Below are positions 35,645-50,899 of a stretch of DNA of 64,000 nucleotides, piece by piece (positions within the stretch are counted from its first letter, which is position 1; each line of letters begins with the position of its first letter). Below the pieces are notes generated by a model. That model saw only the letters and a program-made list of their open reading frames with translations, had not been told where the DNA came from and made no database searches. The stretch lies in the NCBI GenBank assembly GCA_002269645.1, contig NIVC01000006.1, positions 248,001 to 312,000 on the forward strand, given 5' to 3'. The position numbers and the translations under genes were made by a program. Source of the DNA: Macrostomum lignano (Eukaryota).

Positions 35645-36445
35645 TGCTGTAGCTGGTGCTGTAGCTGATCCTGTAGCTGATGCTGTAGCTGATGCTGTAG
35701 CTGATGCTGTAGCTGGTGCTGTAGCTGATGCTGTAGCTGGTGCTGTAGCTGGTGCTGTAGCTGGTGCTGTAGCTGGTGCTGTAGCTGGTGCTGTAGCTGA
35801 TGCTGTAGTTGATGCTGTAGTTGATGCTGTAGCTGATGCTGTAGCTGATGCTGTAGCTGATGCTGTAGCTGGTGCTGTAGCTGATGCTGTAGCTGGTGCT
35901 GTAGCTGATGCTGTAGCTGGTGCTGTAGCTGGTGCTGTAGCTGGTGCTGTAGCTGATGCTGTAGGTGATGCTGTAGTTGATGCTGTAGTTGATGCTGTAG
36001 CTGATGCTGTAGCTGATGCTGTAGCTGATGCTGTAGCTGATGCTGTAGGTGATGCTGTAGTTGATGCTGTAGTTGATGCTGTAGCTGATGCTGTAGCTGA
36101 TGCTGTAGCTGATGCTGTAGGTGATGCTGTAGCTGATGCTGTAGTTTATGCTGTAGCTGATGCTGTAGCTGATGCTGTAGCTGATGCTGTAGCTGATTCT
36201 GTAGCTGATGCTGTAGCTGATGCTGTAGGTGATGCTGTAGGTGATGCTGTAGCTGATGCTGTAACTGATGCTGTAGCTGATGCTGTAGCTGATGCTGTAG
36301 CTGATGCTGTAGCTGATGCTGTAGGTGATGCTGTAGGTGATGCTGTAGCTGATGCTGTAGCTGATGCTGTAACTGATGCTGTAGCTGATGCTGTAGCTGA
36401 TGCTGTAGTTGATGCTGTAGTTGATGCTGATGCTGATGCTGGTGC
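35641..36445. repeat. 12-bp minisatellite (tgatgctgtagc), ~66 copies
   Basis: Direct tandem units. The first unit overlaps the TGA stop at 35642-35644. Confidence 0.97.
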
Positions 36446-37288
36446 TGTGTGTCTGTCTGTCTGTCTCTATCCATTTGTATTTATCTGTCAATTTTCTTTA
36501 TTCATCTGTCCAATTTGTCTACCCGTATTCGCAACTTCTATAGCCCTGTCACAAAAAACTAGCAAAATCTCACATTGTTTTAGCTTCCATGACAGCCGTG
36601 CATATCAGGAATATTGTGAAACTTGAGACCGCAGAAAGTTGATACAAGTTTTTAATTTGTGAAACGGCTAACATCTTACTGATTTTTTTTGCTTAGAAAT
36701 TTGATTTTTCTTAGAAAAGAACCAGTTTATTTCGAGTCCATCAAGTCGTTATTGTAGAATATAAATAAATCTTTTTTATAATCTGTCAGTAATATTCGTG
36801 TCAGTGCAATAAAAAAATCAACAAAAAATTTGTGTTAATGTATTTTTGAAAATTTTATTTCAATAAGCTTCCATTGTATGTACAAATATATACTGTTTAT
36901 AACTCTAAAGATGAAAAAAATTGTGAAAAAATGTCATTCGAAAGGAAATTATTGCAAAAGAATTTTTCTTTTACTTTGCATCGAAAAAAATTGCAACTAA
37001 AAAGCTGAACTTGCTACTATTGAGTAGGACATACAGCGTCCTGGCTTACAAAAATACCGAAATTAAATTGAAAATAAATTTTCAACGAATTTTAATCTCC
37101 TGGTGCACGAAATGTCGAAAGGCAAATTTTCTGATAGGAAGGTTAAACAGGTAATCACAGTTTAAGCAAGACTTCTGAAGACAATTAGCTAAAATCCAAG
37201 AAAATCTCAAGTATTCTCTATAGACGCTCATCTAGATATTCATTTCTTTTGGTTGGAATTATCAACCATAATTCCTAGATAACTTTAT

Positions 37289-37430
37289 CCCAGACTCTCA
37301 CTCCTCTCAGCCCTGACTCTCACTCCTATCACCCCAGACTCTCACTCCTCTCACCGTAGACTCTCACTCTTAATCTCACCCAGACTCTCACTCCTAATCT
37401 CACCTAGACTCTCACTCCTAATCTTACCCT
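37289..37430. repeat. short ~21-bp tandem repeat (cccagactctcactcctctca)
   Basis: About 6 degenerate copies. Confidence 0.75.
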
Positions 37431-37709
37431 TGTTAATTTCACTTGATATACCAGAGTTGCGAGAATAATATAATATAAAAATCTGCATCAACGCCTTCTC
37501 AAACTACAAGTGCACATGTTACATATAAAGTCAGTGCATAAAAAATTATTCCTGAAAAGTACAGATTGATTGTACAGATCAAAGTACATCAATTATGCAT
37601 CTGCGTATGTATAAACAAATTTACAATGTAATTTCAAAGAAAGACAGGACGGATTTATACTTTATAAACTGCGCCATGGAACTGGTCTCACAATTACAGA
37701 TCACAGCAG

Positions 37710-39250
37710 TCAGTTGTAGCCGCGCCACGCGAAACTGTTGAGCACGCCCATCTTATTGTATTGGGAGTCTCTCTGAGTTCGCCTGGCATCAGCAACTCGA
37801 TCCGGGTTATAACGGCTCAGCTTCTCAATCTAAAATTCAAATATGATTATCAAGCTTAGTATTATTTTTATGGCTTTTTCTTCTGTCTGGTTGGGGGTGA
37901 GAGGTTATGGGTTTTCTCAGTCTGATTGGGGGTGTGGGTTTATGGTTTTTCTCTCAGCTTGACTGTGTGATTTTTTGGCTTTTCTCTCAGCTTGATAGTG
38001 CAAATTTTATGGCCTTTCTCTCAATCTGATTGGGGATGAGAGTTTATGGGTTTTCTCTCAGTCTGATTGGGGTGGGTTTTATGGGTTTTCTCCCAGTCTG
38101 ATTGGGGTGTGAGTTTTATGGCTTTTTCTTCTGTCTGATTGGGGTGTGAGTTTTATGGCCTTTCTCTCAGTCTGATTGGGGTGTGAGTTTTATGGCTTTT
38201 CTCTCAGTCTGATTGGGGATGAGAGTTTATGGGTTTTCTCTCAGTCTGATTGGGGTGTGAGTTTTATGGCCTTTCTCTCAGTCTGATTGGGGGTGTGAGT
38301 TTTATGGCCTTTCTCTCAGTCTGATTGGGGTGTGAGTTTTATGGCTTTTCTCTCAGTCTGATTGGGGTGTGAGTTTTATGGCTTTTTCTTCTGTCTGATT
38401 GGGGTGTGAGTTTTAGGACATTTCTCTCAGTCTGATTGGGGTGTGAGTTTTATGGCTTTTCTCTCAGTCTGATTGGGGTGTGAGTTTTATGGCTTTTTCT
38501 TCTGTCTGATTGGGGTGTGAGTTTTAGGACATTTCTCTCAGTCTTATTAGGTGTGTGTTCGAGTTTTATGGCTTTTCTTTCTGTCTGATTGGGGGTGTGT
38601 GAGTTGTATGGCTTTTCATTCTAAGTGATTGAGATTGAGATTCGTGGCTTCTTATATTATGGTCGAGAGCGATCGTTTTCCGCCATCTAGTGAGGAATTA
38701 ACTTTCTGTCTAGTCAGGAGTTAGCTGTCTAGTCAGGAGTCAGCTGTCTAGTCAGAAGTCAGCTGTCTAGTCAGGAGTCAGCTGTTTAGTCAGGAGTCAG
38801 CTGTCTAGTCAGGAGTCAGCTGTCTAGTCAGGAGTCAGCTGTCTAGTCAGGAGTCAGCTGTCTAGTCAGGAGTCAGCTGTCTAGTCAGGAGTCAGCTGTC
38901 TAGTCAGGAGTCAGCTGTCTAGTCAGGAGTCCTGCAGCTTTCTACCTAGTCATGCGGTCATGCCAACTCACCAGCCTCTGCCGCTCGGCCACCGACAGCC
39001 GTTTCTGCTGACAGTCGCGCCTCTGCCAGGAGTTGCTGGGCTGTCGCTGCAGCGGCACCACGTACAGCCGCTGCACTGACTGCTGAATCTCGTAGGCTGT
39101 CAATCTCTGATGGCCCAAGCCGAAATTAGGCAGCAGTATGGTACCCCAGGGCTGCTTCTCTGTGTCGACTCGAACTCCGGACCTCACGCTAAGAGCCGAT
39201 CGAGCTCGCTGGCGCTGCAGGTGCGCGCTGCTAGCAGGTGTGGCAGACAT
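37710..39250 (-). CDS. predicted 132-aa basic orphan protein, 2 coding exons
   Basis: Exon 38972-39250 (from ATG; donor ctg|gtgagt) joins in phase 0 to exon 37710-37829 (acceptor ttttag|, stop TGA). The join reads RLSVAERQRL|IEKLSRYNPDRV...KMGVLNSFAWRGYN*. A further acceptor at 39271 may add 5' sequence. Confidence 0.6.
37865..38635. repeat. 37-bp minisatellite (tgattggggtgtgagttttatggcttttctctcagtc), intronic
   Basis: About 20 direct units. Confidence 0.95.
38705..38930. repeat. 19-bp minisatellite (ctgtctagtcaggagtcag), intronic
   Basis: About 12 near-identical units. Confidence 0.96.
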
Positions 39251-39639
39251 TGGGGAGATCGCGAATTGCACTAGTAGAGAAGATGCCAGTGGAGTCCCAA
39301 ATTGCAGCTCAGTTTTATAATCTTGAGAGAAAATTCAGCCCAACAATAAGGAGCCTGACTGCTCTGCGCCTTCAGTTGATGAGGCATTAGCTGTGGTGAG
39401 CAGGTTTTTCTCCATTATACTCTGGCAACCGGAAGCGACGGCACAATGCGCTTTCGCACAGCTCAATTTTGAGTCGTCGCAACCCTGCAGTTTAAATGAG
39501 CGCATTGTGCACAGGCTGCGCAGAGTGCACTCAGCATTCACAGGGCGTCGCCTTGACAACGGGGGACGCCTTAGTTGCCACGGGACGCGGGCTTGAAGCT
39601 GATGGATGAGTCATTTCCCTTCATTAGTGTCTTCAGCCC

Positions 39640-40110
39640 TTTCTGCCTCACATCTCTCCCCCGTCTCCCTCACTTCTCTCTCCCCTGTCTCCCTCACTTC
39701 TCTCTCCCCTGTCTCTCTCACTTCTCTCCCCCGTCTCTCTCACCCCTCTCTCCCCCGTCTCTCTCACCCCTCTCTCCCCTGTCTCCCTCACTTCTCTCTC
39801 CCCGTCTCCCTCACTTCTCTCTCCCCCGTCTCCCTCTGTTCTCTCTCCCCGTCTCTCTCACTTCTCTCTCTCTCCCGTCTCTCTCACTTCTCTCCCCCCC
39901 GTTCTCTCACTTCTCTCTCCCCCGTTTCTCTCACTTCTCTCGCCCGTCTCTCTCACTTCTCTTTCCCCCGTTTCTCTCACCCCTCTCTCCCCCGTCTCTC
40001 TCACTTCTCTCTCCCCCATCTCTCTCACTTCTCTCTCCCCCGTCTCTCTCACTTCTCTCTCCCCCGTCTCCCTCACTTCTCTCCTGTCTCCCTCACATCT
40101 CTTGTTTCCC
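39640..40110. repeat. CT-rich ~24-bp tandem repeat (ctctctcacttctctctcccccgt)
   Basis: About 19 degenerate units. Confidence 0.92.
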
Positions 40111-41014
40111 TCACATCGCGCGCACTGCCTCCGTCACATCTCTGTAAACCCAACAACGTAAAATACAAATGAATGGCGAATATGCAGCTATGATTTAGCA
40201 GACAGCTTGAAGACAGACTGTAGAGTATCGTGCATGCATAAACTGCTACTTCAAGTAGAGTAATCCAAACACTCGCAGTAAAATTTCTAATAAAACTAGG
40301 AATCAAGATGCCATCGATCTATAACGCAAGAGTAGAATTATGCTATTGATTCACCTAGGACTACACGATTGTTAATTTTGAACAATTTGCCTGTCACAGC
40401 TCTGAAAGCAGGCACCTGAGTAAACAATCTAGGTTTATGCAAGATAAAGTACACCATTGACAATCAAAGTAAAGATAGAGATTTGGAGTCGCCAAACAAA
40501 CATCTGGTTGATAAAAAAGCTAAATAAGTTAAACAAGAATAAGCTAAACAAGAATTTTGTTAGCGTAATTTTTGTAAACATAATATTCTAACTCATTATT
40601 GTTTTCGATCGGTTAGATTATCGATAGAAAACTACTTCAAAGCACAGTCTGATTACGAACGTTATGCAACAATATGCTGTTTTACGAAATGAATAGTCTT
40701 ATACACATAATTCTAGAATTCATCATTTTACTAAGAAATTTTTTTGTTGTTTAATTAAAATTAATAAGTAGCTCCTAAAAGTCTTCCCTCAAGCTGCTAG
40801 TCGCTGATTGGTTGGCTAATCAGCTGCAGGGGGTGGGGGAGGCCATCTCAGGCCAGTCAGCCAATCAGCTGCAGGAGGGACGAGCCGGAGCTGTCCTGCC
40901 CTGCCCTACACCCCCCGACAAGCCAGCCTGCAGTCGCGGGCCAGATTCAACCATTTATTTTAACTTTCTTACTACAGGCAGAGGCTGTGTGCACCCTGGT
41001 GAACTTTAAGCGAC

Positions 41015-41234
41015 ATGTAATCCCACCTTGCCTGTGCGCCTCGTCTATTCCTCCAGTGTTAAATGAGCGGTGATAATCAGTAAGCGTAACTCCGCTACCA
41101 TAGACAAACCAACTCATTATCTCCGCTAGCCATGTATGGCACGAAGCAAAGCGTTGTTTTGTTACGCTACTGATTATTCCGCTCATTTAACACTGGAGGA
41201 ATAGACGAGGCGCACAGGCAAGGTGGGATTACAT
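41015..41234. other. 220-bp foldback (perfect 56-bp arms), MITE-like or structured-RNA hairpin
   Basis: 41015-41070 is the exact reverse complement of 41179-41234. It extends imperfectly to 41090/41161 around a 70-nt loop. Confidence 0.8.
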
Positions 41235-41806
41235 TACTGCCCATTCCACCGACTCTCCTGAGCAGGCACACGAACGCGCGGATCTACAGCAGCCCTAAAC
41301 TTTATTCAAGATCGTTAAGCATGTATACTTCACTGTGCCTTGGGGGTTGGCCCTCAAGGGCATTAATTGCACGAGCAGAGCCAAGCCGAGATTCCAATTT
41401 AGCCTCAAATTAATGTGACTGCACTTGGAATCGAGCCTGGGCCGCTTGCACATCAGAGCGCCGCAATAGACCCCTAGGCTAGGGCCCCGAACCATTTCCC
41501 TATTGCTACTAGAATTAAAGTGCAAACAATTTGGCCTTCCAAACAAATTTGTTTATGGCAGAACCGCATTCGAGGTTAAGCAAAAAGTGAATCATTGTCA
41601 AATCCATTTAAGAAGCTTTTGCTTCATTAGGAATCCAAAGGTCCAGGAGCTTCCGTTCCCCGAGCTCCTGTGGAATAAATAAGACAGATGGGATAAATTT
41701 GATGATTGCCAATTGGAATAAAATGGGGACCCCCCTATTCGTGCTAAATCGCGAGTTTCAGAGTACACCGTATACTTTTTTTGTTGTCCTTGGAGCTTCG
41801 GCAGCG

Positions 41807-42829
41807 TCAAGACCACCAGACAGCCGATGCCAGCAGCCGTCTTGCCCGCTCCCTCAGCCGCGGCCTGGCTGCCACCTGGATGTAAAACCCCGCCGAACAG
41901 TCCAATGACAGCAGCAGCACGCCGATGTAGTACAGAGCCAGCCGGACCATCACGCACTCGTTCTGCCGGCGCAACTCCCACAGGAATCTGCCCAGCTGGC
42001 AGACGGCAAAGGCCACCGTCATGGGAATCAGCACTCGAAGTCCGCCGAGCTTCTTGACGCCGCTGTTGTTGCCGCCGCCGTTGAAGACGCGACTTGAGCC
42101 GGGCGGCTGGAAGCTGTTGATTCTACGGGACACGGAGATCGCTAGAAGGACGTTCGCGGACAGACAGACAGCGATTGGCAGCGCCACCAGAAGGGCGCTC
42201 TGCAGCGCGAAGTTCAGCGTCGGGTGAAAGTCGGTGAAGTCAAAGTACAGCCGCATCCGGCAGGCCTCCAGCCGGCGCGGCAGGCAGACGGTCAGCTCGG
42301 CCTTGGAGACCAGAGCGATGCGGGCGGCAGCGACAAGGGGCAGGGTGAGCAGCACGGCGCCGGCGACCCACGGCAGCAGTCGGCAGCTGACTCGGCAGCT
42401 GGCATTGTCGGACCGCTTGGCGAGGCACCAAGCACGGTTCAGGACTGCGAAGATCGTCAGGCACAGCCGGGTGGTGTCAGCGCCAATCTGCAGCATCGAC
42501 ATCGGCGTGTGCACGTAGGCGACGTACACCAACCAGGAGCTGGGCACCGCGCTGGCGTACTCGATCAGATGCATCCAGCAGTCGTTGGTGTGCAGCACCA
42601 GAGCCAACACGTCGAACAGCGCCGTCAGCCGCATGATTCGCCAGAACAGCAGCTTCTCGGCTCTCAGCAGGCTGACCAGCAGCAGGTTGCCAACCGTGCC
42701 CAGCGCGAACACCAGCAGCTGGACGATGCAGAGGGCCACAATGACATAGTCGATGCTGAATGACCGGCCGTGGTCTCTGCCTTCGCTGCTGCTGTTCCGG
42801 TACGTCACCAGGATCAGAATCAGAGCCAT
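41807..42829 (-). CDS. divergent rhodopsin-like (class A) GPCR, ~340 aa, single exon; peptide-receptor-like
   Basis: Seven hydrophobic segments. TM1 GTVGN, TM2 ALFDVL, TM3 end VLNRAW (DRY position), TM4 LLTLP, TM5 ALPIAVCLSAN, TM6 FAVCQL, TM7 DCSAGFYIQ and helix 8 PRLRERARRLL. N-glycosylation site NSS. First ATG at 42829. Confidence 0.78.
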   Translation of the reverse strand: MALILILVTYRNSSSEGRDHGRSFSIDYVIVALCIVQLLVFALGTVGNLLLVSLLRAEKLLFWRIMRLTALFDVLALVLHTNDCWMHLIEYASAVPSSWLVYVAYVHTPMSMLQIGADTTRLCLTIFAVLNRAWCLAKRSDNASCRVSCRLLPWVAGAVLLTLPLVAAARIALVSKAELTVCLPRRLEACRMRLYFDFTDFHPTLNFALQSALLVALPIAVCLSANVLLAISVSRRINSFQPPGSSRVFNGGGNNSGVKKLGGLRVLIPMTVAFAVCQLGRFLWELRRQNECVMVRLALYYIGVLLLSLDCSAGFYIQVAARPRLRERARRLLASAVWWS

Positions 42830-43204
42830 GATCCGGGTCGACTGAGCTGAGGTCAAACAGGTGTTTTTGTCTCCATTGCTTCTTACCTATACATCTGTGT
42901 ACAGAGACTGGGCTTATCGTTGTGATAACGGCTTAACGGGCCCTGATTTCATGATTTACAAGCGCCCTGCCAGCGCCTATCCATGTGAAACTGCAGAGTT
43001 CGAGCTTGCCAGACGGAATTATTTATAAATGTCAACTCTCGACAAGATAAAACAAAAACGCGTTTAAACAGTTCCATAAATAGAATATTTGTAATCAGCC
43101 AGTGAGATAAAGGTTTCCTTGGCGGATCAGATTTTTACAGAACTTTTGCGCGTTTTATTTTAGGTCCTCAATCCGGAGGCAATGAAATGTGAAATTTCAT
43201 ATTC

Positions 43205-44225
43205 TGCGGTGGGTCAGTGGGTTATGGATAGTCACCATTCATGCAGCTTTAGTAGGTCAGTGGGTCATGGATAGTCAGCATTCATGCAGACGCGGTAGGT
43301 CAGTGGGTCATGGATAGTCAGCATTCATGCAGATGCAGTGGGTCAGTGGGTCATGGATAGTCAGCATTCATGCAGATGCAGTGGGTCAGTGGGTCATGGA
43401 TAGTCAGCATTCATGCAGATGCAGTGGGTCAGTGGGTCATGGATAGTCAGCATTCATGCAGATGCAGTGGGTCAGTGGGTCATGGATAGTCAGCATTCAT
43501 ACAGATGCAGTGGGTCAGTGGGTCATGGATAGTCAGCATTCATACAGATGCAGTGGGTCAGTGGGTCATGATAGTCAGCATTCATGCAGATGCAGTGGGT
43601 CAGTGGGTCATGATAGTCAGCATTCATACAGATGCAGTGGGTCAGTGGGTCATGGATAGTCAGCATTGGTACAGATGCAGTGGGTCAGTGGGTCATGATA
43701 GTCAGCATTCATGCAGATGCAGTGGGTCAGTGGGTCATGGATAGTCAGCATTCATACAGATGCAGTGGGTCAGTGGGTCATGATAGTCAGCATTCATACA
43801 GATGCAGTGGGTCAGTGGGTCATGATAGTCAGCATTCATGCAGATGCAGTGGGTCAGTGGGTCATGGATAGTCAGCATTCATACAGATGCAGTGGGTCAG
43901 TGGGTCATGATAGTCAGCATTCATACAGATGCAGTGGGTCAGTGGGTCATGGATAGTCAGCATTGGTACAGATGCAGTGGGTCAGTGGGTCATGATAGTC
44001 AGCATTCATACAGATGCAGTGGGTCAGTGGGTCATGGATAGTCAGCATTCATACAGATGCAGTGGGTCAGTGGGTCATGATAGTCAGCATTCATGCAGAT
44101 GCAGTGGGTCAGTGGGTCATGATAGTCAGCATTCATACAGATGCAGTGGGTCAGTGGGTCATGGATAGTCAGCATTCATACAGATGCAGTGGGTCAGTGG
44201 GTCATGATAGTCAGCATTGGTACAG
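43205..44225. repeat. 42/43-bp minisatellite (gatgcagtgggtcagtgggtcat(g)gatagtcagcattcataca), ~24 copies
   Basis: Direct tandem units in two length variants. Confidence 0.97.
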
Positions 44226-44702
44226 ATGCGCTGTGAGTCAACAGCACCTGAGTAGATACATGTAGTAAAGAAAAAGCAATAATGTCCAAAAGTATTTAAT
44301 ACTGCTTATTAATAAAGTGCATTGTATTTCCGTGGCCAGAAGAGAAGAGACTTGCCTGCAAACAAAGTGAATAACTATGAGTATTAAAGGGCCTGATTAC
44401 CTGCACCATGAATCCTGGATTCAGAAGCTACTTACGTAGTTAAGCATGCATTCAAGGTAATGCGTAAATGTAACGTTATTCAAGACAGTTCTACATGCTG
44501 ATATACTGCTAACAGTAGTAAATGTGATTTGCACTAAAAACTGTTTGAAAACGGATGCTAAATTCAACAGTTCAAGCATTGAGGATTTAAGTATTAATTT
44601 TCACATGTAAAATCCACGAGTCGCAAAGTAGCATTGCACTACTGCTAGTAGCAAGCACGAGTTAGTAGGCTTTTCTCATGATTGCAGAGCAAAATTGAAT
44701 CA

Positions 44703-47795
<3,093 letters not shown>

Positions 47796-47871
47796 TCAAG
47801 ATTGAGGTTGCTGTATGCGAAAGCTGGAAAGCTCTGTGATTTCCTATGGGCTGTTCTGAATGCATCCATGT

Positions 47872-48198
47872 CTAAAGTGGCGCCTCCCACCATGCCTAAA
47901 GTGGCGCCTCTCACCATCCCGAAAGTGGCGCCTTTCACCATCCTGAAAGTGGCGCCTCTCACCATCCCGAAAGTGGTGGCACCTCTCACCATCTCGAAAG
48001 TGGCGCCTCTCACCATGCCTAATGTGGCGCCTCTCACCATGCCTAAAGTGGCGCCTCTCACCATGCCTAAAGTGGCGCCTCTCACCATGCCTAAAGTGGC
48101 GCCTCTCACCATGCCTAAAGTGGCGCCTCTCACCATCTCGAAAGTGGCGCCTCTAACCATGTTTAAAGTGGCGCCTCTCACCATGCCTAAAGTGGCGC
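47872..48198. repeat. 24-bp minisatellite (aaagtggcgcctctcaccatgcct) upstream of beta-tubulin ATG
   Basis: About 13 units, probably within a 5' UTR intron (candidate donor cttac near 48285). Confidence 0.94.
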
Positions 48199-48939
48199 CA
48201 GAACTTAGTGGCTCATAGAGCACCTATTGATATATACATAAACATAATTATTATAATGACAAATGCAGCCCTGTCAGTATTGAGCTTACCTTGTCAAAAT
48301 TATCCGAATTATACACCCTAAAACGGTAATAAAAAAGGCGAGACCGGAAAGCGAAACTCACAGACGGAGTTGCTTCAAGGGCTATTTATTCGCCTCTCTC
48401 TAAATACAGCGAACGATCCACGGGTGCAGAGACTGAGTTATCCAGACTGGGAAAGAGCCAGCAATTAAATAATCTGAAAGGATCTTTTATTCCGTTGTTT
48501 CCAGCTGATAAGCGGAAGGATTCTCGATGTGCACGCGCAATTGAAAAAAAGAATCTAATCTAGCATGAACAGGATCTGTAATGCATGTAACTCTTTTAGA
48601 AACTAATTGATTGATCTTGCGCAGTTCATTGCAAAGTTATACGGAGCAGGGCATGTCTCTGCGACATTTCCTGCGCTTGCTTTCGCTCTGTTTGCATTTC
48701 ATGTGACTAAATTGCAGTCAGAATTGACTTCTAAGCATGAAGCTTGTATAGAAAAAAAGAAACTTGAAAAATTTCGATCTTTTTAAGCTGGGAAAAGCAG
48801 ATAAAACCATAGCCTGGTCTGTTCTGTTCCTTTGCTGTGTCGAAGAGAAGTTTTTTCTTTGACTTTCTCAGTTTTGTAGAAGTTTTTATTTACATTTGAT
48901 TCTCATATCTGACAGAGCCCAGAGAAAATGAAAGAAGTA

Positions 48940-50335
48940 AGGTGGGAGAGGCAGTGGGAGGGTATGGGAGCGGCAATGAGAGGGTATGGGAGGGAGTATG
49001 GGAGCGGCAGTGAGAGGGTATGGGAGCGGGCAATGAGAGGGTATGGGAGGGAGTATGGGAGCGGCAGTGAGAGGGTATGGGAGGGAGTATGGGAGCGGCA
49101 ATGAGAGGGTATGGGAGGGAGTATGGGAGCGGCAGTGAGAGGGTATGGGAGTGGGCAATGAGAGGGTATGGGAGGGAGTATGGGAGCGGCAGTGAGAGGG
49201 TATGGGAGCGGGCAATGAGAGGGTAAGGGAGGGAGTATGGGAGCGGCAGTGAGAGGGTATGGGAGGGAGTATGGGAGCGGCAGTGAGAGGGTATGGGAGA
49301 GGGTATGGGAGCGGCAGTGAGAGAGTATGGGGTGGAGTATGGGAGCGGCAGTGAGAGGGTATGGGAAGGAGTATGGGAGCGGCAGTGAGAGGGTATGGGA
49401 GAGGGTATGGGAGCGGCAGTGAGAGAGTATGGGAGAGGGTATGGGAGCGGCAGTGAGAGGGTATGGGAGCGGCAGTGAGAGGGTATGGGAGAGGGTATGG
49501 GAGCGGCAGTGAGAGAGTATGGGAGGGAGTATGGGAGCGGCAGTGAGAGAGTATGGGAGGGAGTATGGGAGCGGCAGTGAGAGGGTATGGGAAGGAGTAT
49601 GGGAGCGGCAGTGAGAGGGTATGGGAGAGGGTATAGGAGCGGCAGTGAGAGAGTATGGGAGAGGGTATGGGAGCGGCAGTGAGAGGGTATGGGAGCGGCA
49701 GTGAGAGGGTATGGGAGAGGGTATGGGAGCGGCAGTGAGAGAGTATGGGGTGGAGTATGGGAGCGGCAGTGAGAGAGTATGGGAGGGAGTATGGGAGCGG
49801 CAGTGAGAGGGTATGGGAAGGAGTATGGGAGCGGCAGTGAGAGGGTATGGGAGAGGGTATGGGAGCGGCAGTGAGAGAGTATGGGAGAGGGTATGGGAGC
49901 GGCAGTGAGAGGGTATGGGAGCGGCAGTGAGAGGGTATGGGAGAGGGTATGGGAGCGGCAGTGAGAGGGTATGGGAGGGAGTATGGGAGCGGCAGTGAGA
50001 GAGTATGGGAGGGAGTATGGGAGCGGCAGTGAGAGGGTATGGGAAGGAGTATGGGAGCGGCAGTGAGAGGGTATGGGAGAGGGTATAGGAGCGGCAGTGA
50101 GAGAGTATGGGAGAGGGTATGGGAGCGGCAGTGAGAGGGTATGGGAGCGGCAGTGAGAGGGTATGGGAGAGGGTATGGGAGCGGGCAATGAGAGGGTATG
50201 GGAGGGAGCATATGGGAGCGGCAGTGAGAGGGTATGGGAGAGGGTATGGGAGCGGGCAATGAGAGGGTATGGGAGGGAGCATATGGGAGCGGCAGTGAGA
50301 GGGTATGGGAGAGGGTATGGGAGCGGCAGTGGCAG
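48940..50335. repeat. G-rich 22/12-bp compound minisatellite with 226-bp higher-order repeat
   Basis: Units gggagcggcagtgagagggtat and gggagagggtat. The variant atgggaagg recurs at 49361, 49587, 49813 and 50039. Confidence 0.95.
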
Positions 50336-50899
50336 TCAAAAAGCAGAGTTAATTAGATAATTCAACTTTCTGGTCCAACTGTTGCCAGAGTGAGTGAAGG
50401 ATCACTGCAGCTTACTGTATGTGCTATGCATGCGTGAATAAGATTGCTATATCTGTTAAATGTTTATTCTTCACGGAGAAATTGGTGCATTAAAAGAGCT
50501 CGTCCCGACCGCAGAGACATCCGGTTTCATTTTTTTTAATTTCTGCTCCTACACTCGAAATTAATGGCCTTAATGTGCGAGGCTTCTGGGTAAAAAAGCA
50601 ATTTAATAAAGTGTATTTTTCTTACGCTCGACTGAAACGAATACTCGTAAGAATGACTCATCATCTATTGCGCCGGAGTGCTAAATGAACTGAAGCCAAT
50701 AACCTCAACTGCGCAGAAGCAGCAAACTAATGTTCTTCTGCGATTGACAAAGTTCTAACTAAATCACTTGTACTGCAGCTGCAGACACTTTGGCGTGACC
50801 TTTTTTGTCTGCTTTACTAACTTTTCTATAGTTTAGAAAACTATAAGGGGTTTTAGAAATATTAGTTGAAGACTATGGCATCACCTAGAAATAGGAGTC

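Noticed and set aside
35598-36626. 342-aa (VADA)n ORF and poly-QH antisense ORFs as independent genes
   Set aside because: Pure 12-bp repeat translation; kept only as a frameshift hypothesis.
39335-39600. Short ORFs on both strands upstream of the orphan gene
   Set aside because: No consistent splice or homology support; may be 5' UTR or promoter.
48886-50339. 432-478 aa Pro/Ser/His-rich minus-strand ORFs
   Set aside because: All three frames are open because the satellite lacks stops.
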